A stretch of DNA of 64,000 nucleotides. Source: Octopus vulgaris (Eukaryota). A model generated the notes under the pieces. It searched no databases, was not told where the DNA came from, and saw only the letters and a program-made list of their open reading frames with translations. Positions 54,524-64,000 of the stretch are shown here, in pieces (positions within the stretch are counted from its first letter, which is position 1; each line of letters starts with the position of its first letter). The stretch spans positions 76,446,001 to 76,510,000 of the forward strand of contig OX597824.1 in assembly GCA_951406725.2 (NCBI GenBank), written 5' to 3'. A program made the translations under genes and the position numbers.

Positions 54524-54930
54524 GTAAGAATTTACAAAAACAAATCAAGACAAAGGACGAAGACGGGTGTGTAAACAACAAAGAGATGTATTAGTTTAAC
54601 GCTCGGGAAGTGAGAAAGTATTTTACGTTTCGAGCCTGCGCTCTTCGACAAAAAGGAACACAGCAATATACAGGTAGTGAAAAGAGTAAAAGGGTTAATG
54701 GTTAACGATCTATCATATATATATATATATTTATGTGTGTGTGTCTTTGTATCTGTGTTTATTACCCCCACCATCGCTTGACAACCGATGTTAGTGTGTT
54801 TGTGTCCCTGAAACTTGGCAGTTCGGCTAAGAGTCCGATAGACTAAGTACTAAGCTTACTAAGAATAAGTCCTGGGGTCTATTGTTTCGACTAAAATCCT
54901 TTCAGGCGGAACTGAAGCGTGGTCGTAGGC
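54108..54930 (+). mobile_element. SINE family A split by two insertions in its internal (TA)n
   Basis: Head 54108-54245, tail 54735-54930; inserts at 54308-54470 and 54522-54715. Confidence 0.8.
54522..54715 (-). mobile_element. CUGUNGA hammerhead-family element, copy 4
   Basis: 54655-54620: cttt TTGTCGA A GAGC gcag GCTC GAA AC-GT A aaat. Confidence 0.7.
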
Positions 54931-54937
54931 ATGTATT

Positions 54938-55252
54938 GAAGGCGCATGGCTCAGTGGTTAGAGCGTTGCGCTTACGATCGTGAGGTTGTGAGTCCAAATC
55001 CCGGACCGGGCTGCGTGTTTTGTTCTTGAGCAAGACACTTTATTTCACATTGCTCCAGCTCATTCATCTGTAGAAATGAGTTGCCAAGTTGTATCGGCCT
55101 TTCCCTTGGATAACACTGGTGGCGTGGAGAGGGGAGGCCGGTATGCATGGGCAACTGCTGGTCTTCCATAAACAACTTTGTCCGGACTAGGGCCTGGGAG
55201 GGTAACTTCCTAGGTGCAATCTCACGGTCAGTCATGACCGAAGGGGGTCTCA
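54938..55252 (+). mobile_element. tRNA-derived SINE family D with 9-bp TSD
   Basis: A box TGGCTCAGTGG, degenerate B box gagtccaaatcc, central ttcttgagcaagacacttta; TSD gcatgtatt at 54929-37 and 55253-61. Confidence 0.88.
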
Positions 55253-55734
55253 GCATGTATTTGTGTGTATGTGCGTGTGTGTATGTGTGTGTGTGTGTAC
55301 ATACGTACATAAAAATGATGTAATAGGATCAGTCGAGGGATCATGGTAAAACGCAGTTGGCTTGTCTAGCAAATAATACGGCTTGTATAGGTAATACAGA
55401 TGTCACATTAAAAAATTAATCAATGGATCAAATACCTGTTCGTCCCATATGGAGATTAGACAGAAAATTCCGGTAACAGGAGTATGGCAAGTGCTATGCA
55501 ACGCCATTACGAAAGCAACAAACACTGCTTGTCATGCGCCAATTCAAATCTGTAAACAAACGGACGAAAACGATACTTGATTGACTCTTGTATCTCTTTT
55601 ATTGACAGATTTTATACATATGTATATACACACACACACATGTACATACATATAAATATATATATATAAGTATATACATGTATATACATGTATATGTATC
55701 TCTCTTACTCACTCACTCTCTCTCTCTCTCTCTG

Positions 55735-55777
<43 letters not shown>

Positions 55778-56452
55778 TATGTATATATATATTGTGAAAA
55801 TAATGAGGGTACAAAATTTAGAAAAGTGATCCCACCGGTGGCTAGCATGCGTAATATAGTCAATAGACAATATATTTCCATATATAATAATGTACAAACC
55901 ATTAAGTATTTATATATGAAAGAGGTGACATTTGACAGGACACCTCACATGCTAGAAACGGCAGTCAAAATCCAAAGCATGAATAAAAGCAATTTCAAAG
56001 GAATGAAAATAAAAAATATTTTTATAGTTAACCTCAAACTCGGGTTTCTATATTAATGAGCAAATAGATAAATTTGTGATCTGTACTTAATCAGTGAGGT
56101 CGCGAAAATTAATATATAATTATACTGTTAATACGTATCGAAAGCACTTGCATGCTGAATACCTATGCATTATAATTTCAAATCCACCGTGGAAGCGCAG
56201 TTATATTCAGCAGCAAATAATAATATATTAAAACTGCGTACCACAAAGGTTTTGAAATTACGAAAATTTTACAGTGAAAATAATAAGGGTAGAAAGTTCA
56301 GAAAAGTTTTTATACCAGTGGCTAGCATACGTAATAAAGTCAATAAACAACATATCTTCATATATAATAGTGTACAAAGCATTAAGTATTTATACACGTA
56401 AGAGGTATATATATATGTTTATACACGAAAGAGGTGTATATATATATATATA

Positions 56453-56726
56453 TAATCTCCAAGAAGTTAAGGAGATAGACAAAGAACATGATGCCTTCAC
56501 TTCTACTTAGAAGTGAAAGCAGCATGTTCTTTGTCTATCCCCTTTACGTCTTGGAGATTTTAGTTAAAATTATACTAATGTGTCCATCTGTTTTAATTTG
56601 CTTAAATCTATGTCTTTGTACAGCTGAAGAGTGCTCTGCATTTAAATTGCTGTAATGGTTGCATTGTTCAATTAAATGGAGTTGCGTGAAACGATCGTAC
56701 TGCATTACCTCTGGATATCCTTGTTT

Positions 56727-56728
<2 letters not shown>
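56453..56728 (+). mobile_element. (TA)n-flanked element with 5' fold-back (56453-56560) and a hammerhead (56619-56704)
   Basis: gatagacaaagaacatgatgccttcacttcta-ct-tagaagtgaaagcagcatgttctttgtctatc; tacag CTGAAGA gtgc..gcgt GAA ACGATCGT A ctgca. Confidence 0.75.
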
Positions 56729-56767
<39 letters not shown>

Positions 56768-56772
<5 letters not shown>

Positions 56773-57025
56773 AGAAAGAAATTACCCGAACGCCAGACCA
56801 TTCAAAATCAGAAAAACATATATACATAAAAAGCAGATACATCGGAGATTCTTATATATATTTTAATTAATAACTTCTTGGTCAATATCTGACGACTCAT
56901 TCCTTCATTGATCAAGAAGTTGTTAATGAAAATATATATAAGAATCAATGGAGGAGTTTGTTTTTCTCTCTCTTTATTTTTCTGGTTTTGTACGGTCTGG
57001 CGTTCGAGTATTTTCCTTCTATTAT
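56768..57025. repeat. Fold-back element flanked by (TA)n
   Basis: Outer arms 56768-56817 / 56976-57025; inner arms gattcttatatatatttt..cttcttggtcaat / attgatcaagaag..aaaatatatataagaatc. Confidence 0.85.
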
Positions 57026-57035
57026 ATATAGATAC

Positions 57036-57067
<32 letters not shown>

Positions 57068-57840
57068 ATGTTTGTGTGTGTGTGTAAGTAGAAAGAAAGG
57101 GGATTAAAAAATCCAGGCAGATATCAATAAAACACTGCTTAACTACATCCAACAATCAGACACCAGTAAATGCAAGTAGAATACACATCCAAGGTAATTC
57201 CTCTTTAATTCCTCATGTATGACAAGTAGGTCCAAATATCATTTGGAAGTATTTCCAGAAATTCAGAGTATTAGACAAGAAAAATACGTATAAAGAAAAT
57301 AACATCTTTAATTGTAGAATTCACCTTACAAAGCCGGTAATTGTTTGTGTCGTATGGACATATTTAGATATAGCGAACACTTTGAATTTAAATAATTTCG
57401 GATCACCTTGGAAACGTTGTGTTAACATGTATTTTTCGGGAGTGCTAATTTCAATGATATTTTCTACATCTAAATAGAAACAACTATCGCGTTTATACAG
57501 TGAATTCTACAACTAAATATGTGATTTTTCTCAATAGTATTTTGGCTATACATACATACATACACACGCACACGCACACACCCATATGTATATATATATA
57601 TATATATATAAATATATTTATCCCGAAGGGTATAGGAATGGAAAGCTGCACACATGCCCGAGGCTTACTTAATTCTTACACTTGGAAACCTTGATCGTGC
57701 TTACCGTATATATATATTCATATATATATATAGGGTAAAGAATTATTCATTTGATAATTAACAAATTTTACCAAGTAGCTTCGGTATGGAAAGAGGACCA
57801 TTATCGGTAGAAACTTTTACATAAAAATTTTTTATATAAT

Positions 57841-57923
57841 TAAATATAATTAAGGGTTTAGCAACAAGTTGCTTCACCACATATGGTATGTGGTGAAGTA
57901 ACTTGTTACTTAACCCTTAATTA

Positions 57924-57929
<6 letters not shown>
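57841..57929. repeat. Hairpin with ~43-bp arms
   Basis: taaatataattaagggtttagcaacaagttgcttcaccacata / tatgtggtgaagtaacttgttacttaacccttaattatattta. Confidence 0.88.
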
Positions 57930-57974
<45 letters not shown>

Positions 57975-58002
57975 TGTATATATAATATATCTAAATTTAA
58001 GA

Positions 58003-58263
58003 TAATAAGGGTGAAAAATTGAATATTAATTTGATTAATATCAGTTTAAAACCAGTGGTCTAGCAAATTGAAAAATCTGAAGATTCACAAAAATTATATT
58101 ACATACATATAGGAGGGATGACCACTAAGTGGAATTCCATTATGATAGAAATCGACCCCCTATGGTCTTACCACTTGAGAACATTCCTTTCTTAGTGGTA
58201 AGACCATAGGGGGGCGACTTCAGCATAATGGATGTCCACTTAGTGGCCATGCCTCTTATATGT
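58003..58263. mobile_element. Homologue of 14789-14978 with a fold-back (58113-58263)
   Basis: Shared aagggtgaaaaattgaatattaatttgat...ccagtggtctagc; arms ..cccctatggtcttaccact / agtggtaagaccatagggg.. Confidence 0.82.
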
Positions 58264-58274
58264 ACACACACACA

Positions 58275-58325
<51 letters not shown>

Positions 58326-58329
<4 letters not shown>

Positions 58330-58630
58330 TGTTGTTTTTAGGAATGGTCATTTTGCCAGTTTAGCCAATAAAACACGCACTACATATTTGGTGTTACTTT
58401 GCTTCCAGCGTTATTTATTTTTTACATTAATCTTAATCTTATTTCGGCCAGAGTTCTTTCGTCATACTCCTGGCCGAAAAAAGATTAATGCAAAAAATAA
58501 ATAACGCTGAAGCAAAGTAACACCAAATATATAGTGCGTGTGTTTATATTGGCTAAACTGGCAAAATGACCATTCCTAAATACAACAATATCTGTTTCAA
58601 CACACGATTTCACATAAAAAATCTTTGCTA

Positions 58631-58636
<6 letters not shown>
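58326..58636. repeat. Fold-back element with ~130-bp arms (58326-58591) between (TA)n tracts
   Basis: atattgttg..ttaggaatggtcattttgccagtttagccaata versus tattggctaaactggcaaaatgaccattcctaa..caacaatat. Confidence 0.9.
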
Positions 58637-58714
<78 letters not shown>

Positions 58715-58870
58715 TATTTGAGTAGTTGAATGAATTGTCTTATTATGGATAATTCGGTTAACCGATACCTGGGTAGCAAACTCACGCCAGAAAAACACGG
58801 TTGAAGCTACATGCCAAGGGCAGAGATCATGTGCTTTCGTGTGGAAATTTGTGTGTTTTTTTTAATACAA

Positions 58871-59114
58871 ATAAATGAAAGAATGGAGTTGAACGACGAA
58901 TTAACAAAATTCCTTTATTCTCGCTATGGGCTCCGTGTGGGCAGTCATCTAAAAGTTTTTGTTCATCTTGATGCTGACATAAGTTCCTTGTTTTTCTGAT
59001 GAGAAGGCGGCATAATGCACCCCTTATTCCTTCGAAATTAGGAATATGCAGCCTTTGAAGCATATGTCGAAAATAAAGGAATTTTGTTAATTCGTCGTTC
59101 AACTCCATTCTTTC

Positions 59115-59119
<5 letters not shown>
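58871..59119 (+). mobile_element. About 50-bp inverted repeats enclosing a hammerhead-like core
   Basis: taaatgaaagaatggagttgaacgacgaattaacaaaattcctttatt is inverted at 59070-59119; CTGATGA GAAGG..CCTTC GAAA at 58996-59037. Confidence 0.65.
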
Positions 59120-59170
<51 letters not shown>

Positions 59171-59299
59171 GTGTGTGTGTGTGTGTACGTGTGTGTGTGT
59201 CTGTGTGTGTATACACACACAAGTAGTTTCCGCGCGGTTTCTCTCTGCTAAATGTATTAGTCTATATTGAGTCATCCCATATGGTTCAACCTTTATTTA

Positions 59300-59600
59300 A
59301 TTATTTACCATTACTGTTAATAACAATTTGTTTTGAGAATTCCCACAATTGATATTTTGTTCAAGTACTTTAACTTGTATAAAGCAACCATTTCTCCGCA
59401 TTCATAGTAAATATAGATATTCTATGCTAAATTTTGGGATGGTGCGTTTCAATGGCAGCTATTTTTGTTGTATTTTTTGCCTTCTTGTCTAATCTTGTTG
59501 ATTCATTTAACACCCAATTGAGAATATTACAACCGTAGATTAGGTACTCTAGAGTTTAGTGTTATATTTTTTATTCGTTTGTTTTTGTTCGCATATTAGC
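59300..59600 (-). pseudogene. Degraded R4/Dong RT thumb region
   Basis: EYLIYGCNILNWVLNESTRLDKKAK....HHPK, resembling ..LTYSF.I.NW..E...LD.K.RK....HHPK. Confidence 0.55.
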
Positions 59601-59618
59601 TCTATTTTCTGCGTTTAA

Positions 59619-59831
59619 CCCTTTCATATTTAAACCGGCCTTATTTGGCCCTAATATTCTACCTGTTCTATATTCAAACTTATCAGATTTGGCGTCTCAA
59701 ACATAAAGTCACTCTGAAAATACACAGTCATATCACTGAAATCTCCAAGCAACAAGATAATGCATGAATAATTCAAAACAATATGAATGACAAAGCATTA
59801 GATTTGTTAAAAAAATCGGAATGCTAAAGAG
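59619..59831. mobile_element. piggyBac-like MITE
   Basis: TTAA-ccctttcat ... atgctaaagag-TTA(A); the right TTAA is interrupted by a SINE A insertion. Confidence 0.6.
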
Positions 59832-59834
59832 TTA

Positions 59835-60210
59835 GGCGCAGGAGTGGCTGTGTGGTAAGTAGCTTGCTAACCAACCACACGGTTGCGGGTTCAGTCCCAC
59901 TGCGTGGCATCTTGGGCAAGTGTCTTCTGCTATAGCCCCGGGCCGACCAATGCCTTGTGAGTGGATTTGGTAGACGGAAACTGAAAGAAGCCTGTCGTAT
60001 ATATGTATATATATATGTATATGTGTGTGTGTTTGTGTGTCTGTGTTTGTCCCCCTAGCATTGCTTGACAACCGATGCAGGTGCGTTTACGTCCCCGTCA
60101 CTTAGCGGTTCGGCAAAAAGAGACCGATAGAATAAGTACTAAAGGTGGTGCTCCAGCATGGCCGCAGTCAAATGACTGAAACAAGTAAAAGAGTAAAAGA
60201 GTAAAAGAGT
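59835..60210 (+). mobile_element. SINE family A with TSD-like aaagagtta
   Basis: Consensus match with a small internal deletion; aaagagtta on both sides. Confidence 0.9.
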
Positions 60211-60364
60211 TAAGGGGATTTTGTGCTGTGATTATAAGCCGCTTAGTCACGGCTTCTCGATTCTCTCTGCTCGAAATGATTGTTATATATTCCCTTATAG
60301 CCTGGTACTTATTTTACTGGTCTCTTTTGCCGACCTGATATATATATATATATATATATATTTA

Positions 60365-60640
60365 TGCGTGACTGTGTAGTAAGAAGCTTGCTTCCCAACC
60401 ACATGGTACCGGGTTCAGTTCCACTGCATGGGGTTTTGGGCAAATGTCTTCTGCACTAGCCTCGAGCCGACCAATGTCTGTGTGTTTACGCTCCCGTAAC
60501 TTAGCGGTTCGGCAAAAATGACCGACAGAATAAGTCCTAGGCTTTTAAAGAATAAGTCCTGGGCTCCATTTCGTCGGCAGAAGGCGGTGCTCCAGCATGG
60601 CCATATTGAAATTACCGAAACAAATAAAAGAATGAAAGAA
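60365..60640 (+). mobile_element. SINE family A, internally deleted
   Basis: Head joined directly to tail. Confidence 0.8.
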
Positions 60641-61898
60641 AAAATACATCTGTGTATGTTTGTGTACGTGTGTATATATGGATGTATATAAATAGTTATA
60701 TATATACATACGTAAGTATATAAATACACATGTATATGTATGCATGTGTATGCCTATATATGTGTGTGTATATGTATATATATATATGTGTGTTTCTGTA
60801 CGTCTAGATATGTGTGTGTAAATGTGTATATTCACATATATGTGTGCCTTGAACATCTTTTAATGAATGTTCCCAAAGCACGCAGGGGTTTTCGTTAGCA
60901 AGGATTTAGCGTTGCGTGTTGCAGTCCTGTTTGAAAGTTAGGTTTTCGCTTTTGAATCTATTCTCTTATTATTTATCCAGCCTTCTCACATCCGTCCGTT
61001 ACATCAAATTCATGATTTATGTCTGCAGGTCTCCCTGAAGATGTAAATTTTATTAAGTTATACATTTTTTGCCTGTCTTTTCGTGATTTATACATGGCTT
61101 CAAGATATTTCAATCCGTTTCTTCTTTATTCTTTACGAGATATTTTCGTACTCCTACAGTGGATATTTCACAATGGTTATCAAACTGCACGAGTAGAAGG
61201 ACACTTCTAGGGTATATATATAGCAAATATAATCGTTATCTGTCAGCTTTTCGGAAGATAGATGTCGTTATTTTCGTATCGTTTCCTCATCTAGTTTATC
61301 TAATTTAATTAACATCCTATTATTGGAACAACTATTATTGGAACATTTATTATCGGAACACTAAGGTATTGATAGACTTTATCTTATTTTTAGCATATAA
61401 TTCAGTTTTAAGTGTTGTTCTAGTGCATCAGTAATATTACTTCTAATATCTGCTCGCGCACGTGTTGCACTCAATCTAGTTCATTATTTCTATAGCATAT
61501 TCCAGTACATTTTTGGTCTAGTTCTGTTATTATATTCTTTTTTTAGATATTACTGTTTATTATCAGTTTTCTTCCCTCTAAGATGCTCTCGGTACATTTC
61601 TGTATATCAAATTTCTTTCTAATTTCCCAACAGAATCCCAGCATCGAATATTTCAGTAGACAGCAGGGCTCCAGTTTATTATCTCCAAATTCAGACTGAT
61701 ATCATCGAACTTTGGATTAGGGTGGTGCTGAGGCACCATCTCGAAGAATTTTTGTCTATTATTTTGAAACCTTTAGTACTTATCTACTCGATCTATTAGA
61801 GATATGCACTAGAAAGTAAAACGTCACATGATGGGGAGATAAATCAGTTGAACGATTATACTGCTGAGTAACTTTCTGTTAGGACGTACCGGTTTACA

Positions 61899-61961
<63 letters not shown>

Positions 61962-61974
61962 ATATATATATATT

Positions 61975-62194
61975 CTACTCTCTTCTATTTGTTTCAGTCA
62001 TTTGACTGTGGCCATACTGGGACACGCCTTTAGTCGAGCTAATCGACCTCAGGACTTATTTGTAAGCCTAGTACTTATTCTATCGGTCTCTTTTGCAGAA
62101 CTGCTAAGTTACTGGGACGTAAACACACCAGCATCGGTTGTGAAGCGATGTTGAGGCGGGGGGCGAAAACAGATACACAAACATATACACACAC

Positions 62195-62253
<59 letters not shown>

Positions 62254-62410
62254 CTTCTTTCAGTTTCCGTCTACCAAATCCACTCACAAGACTTTGGTCA
62301 TCCCGAGGTTATAGTAGAAGACACTTTCCCAAAGTGCTACGCAGTGGGACTGAATCTAGAACCATGTGGTTCGTGAGAAAGCTACTTACCACACAGCCAC
62401 GCCTGCGCCT
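61975..62410 (-). mobile_element. SINE family A, full length
   Basis: Reverse-complement consensus match. Confidence 0.88.
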
Positions 62411-62468
62411 ATATATATATTTATTATTATTAAAGTGTCGTTACCATTGTTATTATTATTATTATCAT

Positions 62469-62519
<51 letters not shown>

Positions 62520-63229
62520 TAATAATAATAATAATAATAGTTATAATTATAATTGTAATAAAATGGCCAGCAAGTTTAACCTATATAGGTAAAATATACA
62601 AATAAATAGAGTAGGCTATCAGAATATCACTTGCCAGGAAGAGGAACTACACTCAAAACCACAATTTTCTCACTATTAATGAATACGTACGGTGTAATGT
62701 GATGGATATTTTCAAAAATAGATGAATATAGTGGGCCTGGCTGACGATCCTTCAGTACAAAAGTAGTAAAGGTGAAATCAATTGATACCAGGATATCTGT
62801 TTCTTGCTTTTGCAGTTTATATAAGATAAGCCTATTCTATTATATCCGTTGCATTCACCGTGCGTATTTATTAATAGTGAGAAATTTGTGGTTTTGAGGT
62901 GTTAGCTCCTCTTTCTAACAAGTGGTGTTCTGATACCCTACTGTATTTATATATATATATATATATATATATACAGACACACACACACAAACACACACAC
63001 ACATACACACACACACACAAACACAAACACACGCGCACACATGTATATATGGAAGTTTTAACGAAAATTAATATAGTTTTTTTAAATATGAAGGGGACTT
63101 TTTCAAAATAATCATTTATAAAAGTTGTATAATCTTTTATCAAGGTGTTACTAACCTTTATTGGAACAAGCTTGTTTTCCTAGTGCGATAGCACTCTCGA
63201 TTAACCTTTTCAAACGCCCGTGCTCTTAG

Positions 63230-63325
<96 letters not shown>

Positions 63326-63380
63326 TATATTTATATATATATATATATAGACATATATACATATATACATATATACATAT

Positions 63381-63413
<33 letters not shown>

Positions 63414-63422
63414 TATACACAC

Positions 63423-63462
<40 letters not shown>

Positions 63463-64000
63463 GGTTGGTAAAGACATTTATAAATGACGTAGAAATTTCA
63501 CACACCCTTGGCTTTGTTGTCTCATTTTCTTTAACACACACACACACACAGACACACAAGCACACACACACACACACGCACACACACACAAGCACACACA
63601 CACACACACGCACACACACACGCACACATATAGTTTTCTTTCATTCTTTTAATGGGTTTAATCGTAGGACTACGGCCGTGCTGGGTCACCACCTAAAAAT
63701 TTTAAAATCAGTTTTGTTACTTTATGGCAAGAAGTTGGTCTTTGATTCAAGTTTGATTTAAGTTTCCTGAGTCTGTCTTTGAATGGTTAGCTGGGCCGGT
63801 ATCGCCGTTAGGAAATTTATCAAATGGTTTTACCTTTAATATTTCGGTAAAGGCGGTGCTCCAGCATGGCCACAGTCAAATGACTGAAACAAGCAAAAGA
63901 GTAAAAGAGCAACGAAGATATACATTTGAGATCATTGAATTCTTCTTCCATATCGAACACATTCAGATGGAAAACATACAGATAAATTCAGATTGAGAGC

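Noticed and set aside
61025-61070. CTGAAGA with a tgta..taca stem
   Set aside because: No GAAA follows. The nearby minus-strand TTSIFRK..LYL (Penelope RT-like) is too degraded to call.

Overview
Eukaryotic, AT-rich, microsatellite-saturated non-coding DNA, most likely an octopus (coleoid cephalopod) intron or intergenic region; this is inferred from the SINE families, not from a database search. I see no host protein-coding exon. Almost all ORF-track entries are translations of (TA)n, (CATA)n, (CA)n or (AAT)n. The real content is: four tRNA-derived SINE families; several R4/Dong-type RLE LINE fragments sitting in (AAT)n; Tx1/L1, RTE/BovB, CR1 and Hero LINE remnants; Tc1, mariner, maT, Tigger, piggyBac-MITE and Helitron remnants; and a tRNA-Glu pseudogene. 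The most interesting unannotated layer is a set of short non-coding elements embedded in (TA)n. They carry type I hammerhead ribozyme folds (about ten motifs in at least six sequence families). One family has a fixed non-canonical CUGUNGA core and several have large stem II insertions. There are also about 12 long fold-back hairpins, six of them clustered at 56.4-59.1 kb. All structures were paired by eye and element boundaries are approximate (about +/-10-20 nt unless a TSD or TIR is given).
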